Assembly: GCA_036172245.1 (NCBI GenBank)
Contig: JAYWIR010000013.1
Coordinates: 2,852,001 to 2,916,000, forward strand
Direction of reading: 5' to 3'
Length of the DNA: 64,000 nt
Origin: Raillietiella orientalis
Taxonomy: Eukaryota
How positions within the stretch are numbered: position 1 is the first letter of the stretch; each line of letters begins with the position of its first letter. The position numbers and the translations under genes are program-made. Shown piece by piece: positions 11,367-24,700 of the stretch. The notes below the pieces were generated by a model. It ran no database searches, was not told where the DNA came from, and saw only the letters and a list, made by a program, of their open reading frames with translations.

Positions 11367-13013
11367 CTCCGAAGGAAACGCGTTCCTCGGCTGCGTGCTG
11401 CGCGGGGAAGTTGCCAGCGGGTATTCACGAAAGGAAACCACGAGATCGCGGTCCCCGAAGTTAAATCAGAACGCCCGCACCTTCCTGCAAGCTCGCACCA
11501 CTGCCGGAGGAGCACCGACCTCCCTCCAGGGCATCTCGGCGGAACTCGTAAAGAGCGAGTCCGTCCTTGCAGCCGTGTTGCTCGCGTGCACTCCCTCCCC
11601 GTGTTGTCAGCTTCCCCAGAATAAAAATGCAAATGCCTGTTAAAGCTTCTCCCTCGCTCTGGCGCCACCTCTGGGATTCTCTCTCCCTAGAAGATTGTGT
11701 GATCCGGGATGGAACTTCATCGAAGCACCGATGTGGCGAACCGACGACGGTTTTTTTGTTGCGACTTTCCATGATCGTTCTGGCGCGGCGGTGGGACCAG
11801 CACAAGGCAGTCCGAAAAGACACGCGAGGGAGCTGAGGTGGAAAGGTCTTCGCGGAGGAAGGGAGAGAGGGCCGCCAGCTGGAAATCTGGAGTTTCGTCC
11901 CCACAACGGGAACGGGGGGAGGGTGGGGTGGGATGGGCACTCGCTCTGCAAAGGCTCGTCTCGTCGATTCCGGAGCGGATTCCGCTCAGGTAATCGGGAA
12001 TTAGGTAGCACCTGGATTTAGAAATCGGATATTCAGGAGCTGTCCCTATCGAAACGGAAAGAAGGCTGATGAGCATCACGAAATCCAGCAAACCTGATGA
12101 TCGTGGTAGGAGATACCCACTCTGGAAAGAAAGAGGTCATTTTGAAGCATAGCAGCAGTCGAATCGGACAAAAATAATCTTGACAAACTAGAAAAAAAAA
12201 AAAAAAAAAAACGATCTTTCCAGAAAAAGGCTTTCTTTCAGAGCAACATTTGCAAATTCTGCTCTTCGACAGGATAATGAAATGCTTGGAGTGTGCCTGC
12301 GGACGACGGTCCAAAGTGTCTTCCTGCCATTTGTGCGTAATGAGGATGTTCCCAAAAGTTTCCGGCCGTCCATTCCTTCCCACTTCTTCCCAGTCTTCGG
12401 ATCCTGGTCGACTGAGATGCCTCCCTCCCCCCCCCCCCTTTCTTTTCCCTACCTTCCGGAGAAAGGTGGACTTATCTTTACTAAGCCATGACTGCTCCCC
12501 TCGGAGATTTCCGGACGAGAAAGACAAGCAAAAAGGGGGGCTCATGTTTCCAAAGCATCACCTCGTTTTTGAATAAATACCCGATCCCGAAAAGTGTGTG
12601 ACCCATCCCTTCGACCCAATTCTTCCCGAAGAAGCGAAATAGGCGGAGAAAAACGGAAAAGCGTCGGCAGAAAACCAAGCATCCGTTGCAGAAGAAGTAG
12701 TGAGCGCGGCGAGTACTCATTAAAACCTTCAACTGAACCTCATCCACTAAAATGATGATGGTCATTGCGAAAATGCAGTTCGTCTGTCTACTTCCTCCCC
12801 CCCCCCCCTTCCAATAGAAGCTGCAGTTAGGCCTTGAGGCTATTTTTTCCGTTCTGGTCCGCGATTTCTTCATTCTGTAAGAAACAGAGGGAGAGAGAGA
12901 ACTGAGGAAGCAGTCCACTTGTGGAGTGGAAACAGAATCCGGAAGATGATAGGATCGAGATCTCCTGTTAATCCATGCACTTGATTCCATCGTCCATCTT
13001 TTTTTTTTTCTTG

Positions 13014-13015
<2 letters not shown>

Positions 13016-13046
<31 letters not shown>
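13016..13046. repeat. (TA)n microsatellite
   Basis: Direct reading of the tandem dinucleotide. Confidence 0.95.
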
Positions 13047-13049
<3 letters not shown>

Positions 13050-13368
13050 GGATGCGATTTTTCCGTGAGTTTGGTCACGTGTTCAGAAGGGGAAGAGTCC
13101 TGCTTAAGAGCGGAATATTTTCCTGCGGAGGCAGAGTCCCGGCATTCCAGATCCTCGAAATCTCGCCGCCGCCCAGCAAGCGACGCAGCAGAATCCGTAT
13201 GGCGACGGACGGCTCCCTGGGATCGAACCGACTTTCCCTGTCGCCCGCATCTCGCGCGGTTTCGTTGCGCGTCGGATGGTCGCGTTTTCCGGGTGGGATC
13301 AGCGCAAAAGGAAGAAACGAAAAGAGAAAGAAAACGACAGCTGCATACTCAAATACCTTCCTCGTGTG

Positions 13369-13401
13369 CACTGCGATCACGTTAGCGACGTGATCGCAGT
13401 G
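13369..13401. repeat. Perfect 14-bp inverted repeat with 5-nt loop
   Basis: CACTGCGATCACGT-tagcg-ACGTGATCGCAGTG. Confidence 0.9.
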
Positions 13402-15790
13402 GATGCGCTCAATGACTCCGTGAGCGTGATGATCGGATTCACAACACGGAAGCAACGACGAAGAATCTCTGCTGCGGCTGCCTTCAGCAAAAGAGGCGAA
13501 AAGCTGGAGCTTGGATGAGCTCCATCGATGAGCCGCCACGGCGCTCCTCCGGGAAGAGACCTGCTTTGGAAAGCGTGGCCGACACGATGCCCCTGGATTT
13601 TCGTGCTGGCTTTCCTCTCTCTCTAAACGCACTCACTTCCTGTTGCGTGGTGAAATGGGCGTCTGCATTTTTATCCTTTTTTTTTTTTTTTTCCTGCCTT
13701 TTCCTAAAGAAGAGCTCGGCGCGCCTTCTGGTTTTAGACCTCGTTGTTCCGACAGGAAAGAGGAAGCTTCTATTCCCGGGAAGCTTTCCTGACGGAGCAC
13801 GCGGAAAGCGTGGATGATTCACAAGGCGAGGAGATCCAGCCATGAGAAAAGGGGAAGGGGAACCGCATCGGTTGCTGTGTAACCACTGTTCCTTCCCACT
13901 TCTGTCAAACCTGTCAAGCTCGAAACCTCCGAACCGAACAGCCTCGCGTGTCTTCCAGGCACAAAGGACAGTGGTAGGTCCGAGCGACACTGAGCGTGAG
14001 GCCCACACGGCGCTCCCTCCCTCAATCTGACGGATTCAGGATCAGATGAGCAGGATGCACAGCTGTTGATCAGGACGTAAGCGGAGGAGAACGGCGCGGC
14101 AGAGCCGTGGGATCGAATTTAGTTGCGATTGGGAGAGGAAATTGGAACTCGGGAGCGGAAAGTGCTCGGGACCTGCGGGATCCATGGATCTGCGGGGAAT
14201 CGAGGGTCGGGTCGAAACCTTTTCTGCCATCTCGAGAACTCGTAGTTGTCCTCCTCGTAGCTCCCACAGCTTATGCACTGAACGCACTGACCGTTTTTCA
14301 CGCCCATTTTCGCAAAATAAAGATATAAGAAACCGCAGGCATTTTCAAGGGAAACTACCGGTGAACTTTGGCAGCCGCGAGTTGCCGCAGGCTGATTTGC
14401 TGCGGTCATTTTTCTCGGCCCTTCACTGAAGACGCTCTCGTAGCTCCTTGGGTTCTGCAGGTTTCACAACGGCGTTTGAACTTGACGGGAAGGCTGATCC
14501 TTATGTGCCCGGATGACCAGATGAGGACCTTCCTTTTATGCCTGCGGAACCTGCCTTCGACGGCCGTGTGCCTCTGAAAGAATCCTGAACCCTTTTTGCT
14601 CTGAGCCGAGAAGTAATACTCTGCATTCGCTGGTCACCATTTTACTCTACCCTCCAGGAACATTAGCATGGCTCCGTGTTGACCTCCGTAACCTCTGATG
14701 GCGTGGCTTTTCCCGTACTTCCTACTTTATCCCCTACACTGGTACGCCCCCTACAATTTTCGGCTGAATCTGGGGTTGCTTTCGCTTTCCTTTTGCCGCA
14801 TTGGATTCACCGGTGGAAATTCTTTTCCTTTTCTGGGACGCTCGGCAAATTCAGAAAGTCCTTCCCCGATCCCTTTGAAACTCCTCACAATGTGGAGGCG
14901 CCTTCGTGGACGGAATGGCTCTCAGCAGAAATTGAAGCAGAGTGATGACGATTCCCGTGTTGGCATATTCAGACTAATAAACACAAACACGCACACGCCA
15001 AAAAGAGAAAAATGAGAGATTTCTATCCGGAATGAACGGAAGAAACAGATTAGGCAGTGTGCGAAATCTCTCCGCGGAAGGTCAGCAAAGAGAAGCGAAG
15101 AAATGAACCGCCAAAGACGCGGAGATGAAACGCTCAGACTCCGAAAGTTGGAGGAAGGAAAAAAGAGGAAAAAGAATTTCGAGTTGAGTTCGTCGATGAA
15201 CTCCGAGGTGCCCCCCGGAAGAGACGATCCCTCCATGAATTCAACCGTTTCAGCAAGCTCTGGCAGTTCCGATAAGACAGAGAGGTGTCCGATGTCCGGC
15301 AAGCAACGCACTGTTTTTTTTTTTTTTTTCCTCCTCATTCGTAATGAGGGGTGCGAGCCCAGCAGAAGGGGCGGTAGCCCTGGTGTGTGTGAAAGTGAGT
15401 GATGGCTTTGGAAGAAAAAATATACATACATACATACATATGTATGTATATATATATATGTACACCCTCCCAGCATATCTATGAGGCGGTACCCCTTTCC
15501 TCTCGGACCACTCGTCTGCGAACGCGTGTGTTCGAAGAGGAGGGGGCATGAACTCTAAAATCACTGGTCAGAGTTGATGGGACGAAGAAAATTCAGCTTC
15601 ACAGTAAACCCCAAGCTAAAAAAAAAAAAAAAAAAAAAAACCAAGGAAGAACGAAACGAAACGAACAGACTTGAAATTTGATTCGGTTGCATCTGCGTCT
15701 CGCAGCTCGATGGAGTTGCATTGCGGGAGGAGAGGAGCGCGGGCCGTGAGCCAGGTCCCTGCTCCACGGGATTCATGCCCCGACTTTGAC

Positions 15791-18700
15791 CTTCCTCCTC
15801 TTTTTCGTGGTTTTCTGGGAGGCAACGTGGCTGTTTTGCGCCACTACCGGGAGGTCTTCGGTTTTTTTCTCCGGTTTCGGTATACCCAGCAGCTGGTCGA
15901 TGTACTCCTGAGTGACTGCTTCGCGCAATGCTGGAAGTGATTTGGCATCTGTGCTTGACCGAGGTCCGTCTGCTCCCTCTCCTCCGCGTTCACTTTCTGA
16001 AATTTCATTGCTGCAGGCACGGCCCCGGTCAACGCGAACCTCCGATTACCACTATCCGGGGGGACATCGCCTCGGGACGCCACGTCGGCACACACGGAGG
16101 GTAGCTGGAAGCTCTTTTTCAACGTCAGCCGCACGCAGGGAACGTTGCAGTTCTGCACCACGTGGATTAATTTGCAAAGAACGCCGTGTCGGTAACTAGG
16201 AGATCGAGTTCTTCTACTCGGAAAAGTTAAGACGCGCATTTTTCTGTTCGCTCGACGCTAATCAGCTGTTTCGATGGATTCGGATTTTCCGAATTTGATG
16301 AAAAGTGCAAACGTTAGTGCGGATCCTTAATCATGAATAATCAGTGATCGACACGTCACCGATACTGACGTCGGTGTTTCCCCGAGACATCCTCGCACTC
16401 AACTTCTACAACAGAGACTGTGTTCCAGCAAAAACGGTTCTTTCCTTAGAGATTTGCTTCTATAGTTTAGCTCCGGAGGAAGGAGGCGGTAAGCGAAAGA
16501 TCCTACGTCGACTGCCTCTCTCCCACCACGGGTGGGTCCGGGGTTTCCAGGACGGAACAGGCTCTTCGTACGCACTTTATTCTGGACTGTGGGTGGAACT
16601 TCCAAACTCGTAAGCCTCGTAAGCTTTTCATAGCAAGTCTTTCTCTTTTCTTTTTCTCTTACTGATTTCGGAACTCATTTCCCGAAGCAGCACGTTTTTT
16701 TCCTGGTCACTTGCTTGAAAGCAGAACATTCTTTTCATCTGATCTTCGTTGAAATTTCTCTTAAGTAATCGGAGATGGAGTGGTAAGGGGGTCTACCATG
16801 AATCTGTAGCCCCACCGCTGGAGGAGGGATCATTTCTGGGGGGAAGAGGGGGGGGGGTCATGGCCAGCAAACTCGCGTTGGAAAAGTTGGATTCTTCAAA
16901 TAGAGTATACGTGTCGAAAAGACAGAAAGCGTGGGAGGGTATTTACGGAAGACTCTCAAACTCCCTCGGGAATTTTTTTTTTTCGTTAAACCTCTGATTC
17001 CTCGACAGACGTTTCTTATTTGATGGTAGGTTGGTTAAGAGCCTCGTGCCTGTCAGCGGATGAGGACAACTTCCTGTATCAGAGACCTTTTATTCCATCT
17101 TACCTCTTTTTTCTTTACTCTACAGCTGAGAATCCTCGACTTGAAATGGAAGAAGGGGGGAAAGGTGGAGCAGAACCACGGGTTTGAGCTGGCACGCCCT
17201 CCTCCCTCTCCGAATTGTCCCTCCTGAATTGTCAACTATGCTCGAAATGATATTTTGGCTCCCTCGCGAAAATTCGGAGCCACGACGCAGCAAGCAGGCA
17301 TCTTTCCCCCCCCCCCCCTTCTTCTTGGACTTGGGGGGGGGGCTGCTGCAATCACCCTCGGGCAGCAAATGATCCTTTCTGATGCCAAGTTCCCCTTTCC
17401 GTCTTCCACCACGAACACACCCAGTCCTCGACTTTCGTATGAATAATTGCTGCTTTTTTAGATTTTGGCTTTTCATCAAAAACGAAGTCGCTTGCATTTC
17501 GTGTGTGTGTGTGTGTGTGTGTGTTTTCCGCCTTCCTTGTTGTTGGAGCATCCCACACGGCAGCTTGGATTAAGCTTTATGGACCGAAGGCACAACGGCT
17601 TCTGGCTTCGGGCAGGGGAGGGAAAGCAGCTGAAGAGCCGAAGCTACCAAGTTGATTTTTCGTGAGAGGAAGGACGGGTCGGCTTGTGGAAAGGAATGGG
17701 ACCCTGGCTTGAGGAAACGACCGCGTTCTTGGGTCCATCGATCCTCCATTTCTGCCGCCCCCCTATTTCTGGATGGATTGCGATGCACGGAATTCACGCT
17801 CACCGATTCACCTTTCGTTTTCTGACCGTCGAATCACCCTTCGACCACTTTCGGGCATTGCGAACAAAAATGGAGGGCCGAAAGCATCCGTAAGGCACGG
17901 CTGACGAGCGGTATGAGAAAGCGAAAGGGGAAACCGCGAAGGAAGTTGCATCTACCTGTGAGAGCTCTCGCAGGTAGATGATGATGACCCGTGCTGCTGC
18001 TCTTTGGCTGGTCGGTTCCTTGCCGCCCTTCGTTTGAGAATTTCTGTTCGGCATTTCGTTCCGAGCACAGTTTGCCTGAGCAGCGCCTTTCTCTCCGGGC
18101 TAAGGCTCCCTGAGCTCACACCTCTGAAGACGGATACCGTGCTCTTCTTTTTGCTCCACCCCGGCCGCGACAACTCCTCTTCGTCATCACGATTCTCTCG
18201 CTTGGATTACAAATTGACGCACCCTGCGCGTGGGTGCATCGCCATCCACGCCCGTGCGTGCTTTACTTCCCACTGCGTGGACTCCGATGCTGTGCATGCA
18301 CACTGCACATGTAGGTGGATACGATGTTGGTATGCATATGTAGGCATAGGTTGGCACTCTTCGACATGTGGCTTCAGCAGCGAGGCTTTTCTTTTCTTTT
18401 TTTGGCATGAAATTTGGGGATCCAAGCATCGAAGAACGCTGCTGGGCATTTCTGGGGGTGGGGGTGGGGGAGAAAAGGTTCCCCTCCTCATTTGTGGTAG
18501 GTCTCGTCAGTTTCTATTTTACGTGAGCTCTGAACAATTTCGTGGAAAGTGCATGAGGGCCGTGCCCGGTAATGCGACTCGCGGGAAAACAGCATTTTGG
18601 AAAAGAGGGTGGGGGTGGGGGATCGCAATGACGAGGACCGGGACGCGCTGTGGGACGGGCATTTGGGTGCGACTGGCCCGGTGCTCGCAAGTGCTGCGCA

Positions 18701-21700
18701 GACGGATCGACAACCCCCTTGGGATCCCTCTCGGTGGTTCGAGTGTGCCTCTTGGAACAGGGGTTTGCTCTCATCGTTTGTGCAGTTCTTGTTGCCGCCG
18801 TCGTCGCTGTTGACAAGGCATCGTGCAAATTTTGGTGCGAAAAAAAAAACGAAAAACAAACAAACAAAAAAGGGGGTGGGAGGGGGGTAAATTACTTACA
18901 CGCCTTGAACATAATTTTCGATCGCTGCGGATTCCTGGCATTGGAAAACTGTGGGTAAATGAGAAGAGATGAGATCCTGACAGCTTTCCAGTATGTCTTC
19001 AGGAGATGCGTTCTTCTTCTCTTTCAGGTTCACAGTTCATTTTAGGTTAATTACTTTGAACGGAAACTTTGAAAAATGGGTATTCGAAAACGTTATTCTC
19101 AAGTGTTGCCTTTTAGTCCCATCATCTTACATCGAAGCAGATTCATTTACCTTTTGTTATTTGCAAAAGTGCATGGAGCAAAGCGAGAAAGTGGTTCAGC
19201 TTTCCTGGGTCGAGATGGGCTTTCCTGATGAAGAACACCACGCCTTCGTAGAAGTGACAGCAGCACCAATATGAAAGCATGCTGGAGAACTGCAGATTTC
19301 TTATTCCCAATTTTTCACTAAGCAGCTTCAGCCTGAAAGTTCCGAAAAAGTACCATTCCAGCGCGAGTCCCCTGAAGGGATGCACTTGCCCCTGCATCCT
19401 GAGCAGCGCTGGAAACCATCGCCTGACCCTTTCGCCCAAACCGGAAGCTCGGAAGCGAAAGACGCAGACGTCGAAGCCCGTGCCAAGAATTCCTCAAGCG
19501 ATATGCTCCGCAAGTGTGACCAGTCTTCCGTACTCTTCGAAGGGCAAGCAGCAGCATCTGTGGCGTTCTCACAGCCCCGCCCTCCTGTCGCTTCAGATGG
19601 ATCGCATCGACTTGAGAAGGTCCAGCGGATGCTCAGCTTCTGATCGCTCCTCGCCTTCAAACTTTATATGAATTCGGTTTCATGGAATGTTTTTCGAACG
19701 CTCTGATTCCACACGGGCTCGGCTCTGCTCCGTGTTAATTATTCACCGTCAGCAGGCAGCATTTCTCTGTGTCCAACTGTGTGCTTTTGAATGCTCTTCT
19801 TTTTGGAGGTGGCATTCTGTGTCCTTACATCTCTGAGACTTTTCTTGTTGCGAGGCCCTTCCTGAAAAGCTTTGCGATCCGAAGTTATCGGTAATCGTTC
19901 CTTGGTTTTCTTAGCATCAGAATTCTCGCTGGTCATCAGTTCTCCCCCAGTCATTGGGGAAACCAAAAGGTTTTTGCATACCATTTTGAAATGCATCTCA
20001 TTGAGGTTTTATCTTTTTTTTTTTCTTTTTACAACATCGTACGGAAGGGAAGCTAAAACCAGTCAACCACGTCTGCTCCTTCATACCGTTCCTAACGAGG
20101 AAGCACAGCTGAGAAGCCTCGGCGTGAACGATTCGACACGTTTCTTCACGTGCTTCGTCTTCACGTCCTGTCCAGGGCACTCTTTCAGGACGCTCTTTCC
20201 GTGCGATCCTCGGAGCGCACGTGTTCCACGATGATCATTCCGAACCGCCGCCGATGCAGTAAAAAATGGGAACCCATCCGTATCCGGTTCGGCATCTTCT
20301 TGAAATTCCGCGGGGAACATTTCATTTTCTGTTTGCCTCAGAATCACGGCTGTGGATTTGGTGGCGTGCAACTGCAGTAAGAGTTGTCTTATGCAACGTT
20401 TTCTCTTGCGTTGTGCCGAGCAAGCGACGGCGAGAAAGGTTTCCTTCTCCGGTCCTTGGCTTCAGAGTCCTCAGCTCCGAGAAGACCGACAACCTCCCGA
20501 ACGCTCCAGGAAGAGGAAGGAGAAGGAAGAAAAGGGGAAACGCTCCTGCTCTTCCTCGGCGGATATTCACTTGCGAACGTGCGTCGAAGGGTAAGGGACC
20601 TTCAGCCCCGGAGGTTTCCCTTCAGCTGAAGGTCTTTTGGAACTTCGAGCCGGGCGTCGGAACCAACCGCGAACGTTTCGGAGGCAACCTCTGTTTGCAG
20701 GTGGTTGGAATGACGGACAGCCTTGGACGACATCGCTTTGCCCCGTTCATCAGGTGCAAAGCAAAATTACCCGCCGCATCGGAAACGCTTCCTTCTTCTT
20801 CTTCTTCTTCTTCTTCTTCTTCCTTCGGGGCGCGAATCTTCAGCTCAGACAGTTTCACTTTCAGCTCGAGACGAGTTTGTGAGGACACGCTGGCGCTCGA
20901 TTCGATTTCAATTGAAATGGAAAAATGGCGTGCCATTTTTGTCAAGGGATGCAGGGGAAGTGGGGTCATTCTGTTGTCCTGCAGAACACACGTCCCTTCC
21001 CTACCCGCCACTGCTCTTTGCCCCACCCCATGCGGAGTCTCATCATCTGCAAGCACCCAACCGAATTTGGAGTGTCGCTCTTTGAAAAAAAGTGTTGCGA
21101 AGTGTCCCCAGGGACGCGTCTGTCACGGAGGAAGAGGTTTCGTCTCCGAAACGATTCTGGAAACCGAGCAGTTGAGGCGGTAAAGGGGAGCTGGGAAGGA
21201 GGAGCTGAATCTCTGAACCCATCTTACCCTTCCTCGTCCATGTCATGGAAGGCGCAAATGATGACGTCAGAAAGATCCATGGTTCCTACCCATTCGAGAG
21301 ATTGATTGAATGAATCCATCAAGGCCAGCTGAAGGCACTTTAATAGCATGAGTGTTGAAATTAAGCATCTCAGATACATTGTGGTATGAACGACACAATT
21401 GGTCTTCTCCCACAAGTACGATTATCGGAAAGGTACAGTGATGTGATTTTTATTCGTGCTGTGGCGCCGTCGTTTCTTCAGGAAGCTGAGGAGGAGTCGT
21501 ACCTTTGACTGTTTCCCTCAGATTCCTGATCATCGCTTCGTCCAACGCTTCCTTCAGGGGGGGCAGCCCGATCGGAGTGGTAGGCACATTCTTCATGCTT
21601 TCCGTGCTGTTTGCATCCCCAGCTGCTTGGGACTGACGCATAACGCAAGGTATTTGGAGAGGATACGTAGCCCGGTAAAATTGCTCCTGAGGACAGATGC

Positions 21701-24700
21701 TGAAAGCTATTTCGATCACCCTCACAATGAGCTGGTTCCCGAAGCTGGTGACGTGAGGAATTAAAGGATTAAGGAACGTTTCAGGGGTGTACGTACACAC
21801 TGAGGATGAAGCTCTCGAGGAACGTAAGGAATTCCTCTTCGAGCGTGCAGGTCGTAGCGGCTTCTTCCGTTTTGCTATCTTTCGCGTGAGTTAGCTCAAA
21901 CATCTCTTTTTTTAACGTTTCCTGGATTCTCTTCACAGCATCCAAGCCGATTTTTTCTTCTGAAATTGCACACGGCGTCAGCGGCCACTCCACCCATCCA
22001 CATGGAATCCATGCAAAATTTACCCATTGGAAAGTGGGTACCGATTTTTTTTTTTTTTTTTTTTCCCGCATAGGAGGAACTTCGTCTCAAAGCAAAGAGT
22101 GCATACGTTTTATGTCGTCGGGAGGTGCGCCGCCTGGCTGCTCTTTTCATGGCAGAGGACCAGAAAGCAGCTGTAGGAGCGAAAAATGAAAAGCTGCTGG
22201 CTCTGTGCAGGTGCATCAGCCTGCAGTCCGGTCCAGCAGCAATGCAAGGTTTGAGTGCGTGCACGTATACCGCTACCGCGCCATTTCCAATGGCCGCAAC
22301 CTCTCGTTCGATTTTCTGTGCAAAGAAGAAATTTGCTCCGCACCGGCGTTTGGTCCCCTTTTCCCCAACACCCTCGATCCAGAGTTTTCTATTCGAATAG
22401 CTCGAGCAGAGTGCCTACTTATTAGCTCCGCACAGGAATCGTCATCGTTAAAGTATCAAACATCGGAAACATCAAGGCAAATGCATCGCAGCATAGCGTT
22501 TTCCTCCCTAATTGAATAGGGGCAGCAGATTGCTTTTGCAAGTTTTGCACAGCAAGTTCGCAAACTCATTCCTCTGTGGGCGGACATTCCTTTGGCATTA
22601 AAAAGAGTGCCCCTTTGGGATGCCAAGCAGCAGCATCGCACACACGTATGAGACTGCATCGTGCGCAAAAGCCTCCGTGTGAAAAAAAACCAACCCTTGA
22701 TGGGGTGTTTGGGTGGATGGTGGTCGCACCAACTTGAAATGCAGTGTTTGCAAAGTTTCCTCGATGGGTAAGTTTCCTCAATGCCGTCGTCCCCTTTCCG
22801 TTATTCCGGAATGATTTCTCGGATGAACGAGTAACGTTAGAATCACACGTTCGGGTGTTTCACACATAACCTTGAAATCATCTCCATTTTCCCCATTCTC
22901 AGTATCAAAAATGTATGTTCTGAGTTTTGTGCGCCTTTCAGCACTTTTCCAGCAATTACGATAGTAATTATTAATAGGGGGAAGGAAGATACTTGGAACC
23001 AGATTTTCTTGCGGCCAAATCTTCGGTTTACGTGAGAAGATTTGTGCTGAAAGGAGGACAGACACGCCTAAAAGGGCATTCTCTTCCTTTAAGATGAAAG
23101 AATTTCAAAGCAGTAAGGAACGTCCACCAATTAACGATACTATCAAATGTCTCTCAAACCCCCGAGAGAAGTCTGCTAGGGACGGGACAGTGCAGTAGGA
23201 GATTTGAGATCATTTGACGCAAGCGAGCGGAAATTCAAAGAGGAAATCTGAATTTGATTTCTTCGCAACTGAAAAATGGAATCTCAGGTTTCAGCCGGAA
23301 GGAGCAAGTTCGATCGAACGTTCACCATGTACGGGCTTCAGAGATGCTGAGGAAGATGTTTCGTGAATTTTTTTTTTTTTTGACGTGGTTCTTCTGCACT
23401 CTCATAAACTGAAATTACTACTGAAGGCAATAATTAAAAAAAAAGCACACACACACACACATCTCATTCGCGAATTGCCACCTTTGATTGATTTCCACGA
23501 TTCTTCATGGAAGGAAAGACAGGAGAAAATCAGCGATAAGATCCTCGAAGGTTTTCTTTGCTTGTTTGACGATCCCCACTTTCTGACCACTGTTTATAGT
23601 GCTTTTCATACGCATGGATATGTCCGGCCAGCAGAAGAATTGGATTCTCGCGTGCTTCAACTTTCGAGTGGAAGATTCCACCGTCCCGACTTGTCCGTGG
23701 CCAGTAAGGCGTTCGCCTTCATCTGATTCCATCAGCTCGATGAAAAGAAAGATTTGTCGCCAGAATCTCAACCAACTGGTTCGGAGTGGTGGTGTGAATA
23801 GCCAGTGAGTGGTGGTGGTGGTCCGATGAAAATACGGAACACGATCCATTCCGTTTATTGCCCAGATATTTTTCGAGCCATCTGTATGCCGACAGATAGT
23901 AGTCGTGTGTTCCGCTGGCCCTGAACGAAATGACGATGCACTCGAGGAAACAAAGTTTCAAACTATGACGACCCAAGAACATGACAAAATACATTACGGA
24001 AGAAAGATGGTATGCAGCAGGCCTATGGCATTGGCATTTTCCCAAGTTGGGCCGGACACCGACTTGGCCGCTACCGCAAGAAAAAGAGGGGAAGGGGGGG
24101 GAGGGAAACAAAAAAAAAAAGCAAAATGACGTTGCGCGTGACAACAGCCGCGTGGTGAAAAGCAATTTTCCGCAACTCATCGCAGTCAGCTGGAAGTCGA
24201 ACCAAACGGTTGTCTCTCGAGCGCGATTTTCAAAGCTCGCGTGATTCGTCTGAAATGCCCCCAACATCTCGCACTGACCATCACGTCGTAAGGACACTGC
24301 GGGCGGGTGCACGTGGGTGGTTCTTCCGCAGGTGATCGGTGCGCAGGGCTGCGCGGCAGGGTGTGCACGCGTGTTCACTTCGATAGAATTGAAATAATTG
24401 ACGGCAGCCGCAGAAACACGGAACGTGCAGGACGCCGACGTTTTTAGATCGCACAAATCGTTGCGCACACTCTGTTGAGAATCATTCCGTCTTTCAAACG
24501 GTCGCACATCCCGACGTGGAGGAAACCGTTAATTGTGTGTGGAGCGAGATGAATCAATTTTTCATCCCTTGTTGAAGCTTGATGGCAGCTGTTGCCTGGA
24601 GTCAGCTCTCTCGTGCAACCGGGACTCACTCCATGTGCGGAGCATCCAAATATACCACACAGCTTCCAAGAGATTATGCCAAACAAACTGACAAAACCCT

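Noticed and set aside
12010..12110. Hammerhead ribozyme core CTGATGA-GCATCAC-GAAA with possible stem III (CTGGAT/ATCCAG)
   Set aside because: Stem I cannot be formed in either topology tried, and stem II is a single base pair.
20266..21183. 305-aa plus-strand ORF with poly-Ser
   Set aside because: No domain; the (TTC)n tract is better explained as poly-Glu in a minus-strand exon or as a simple repeat.
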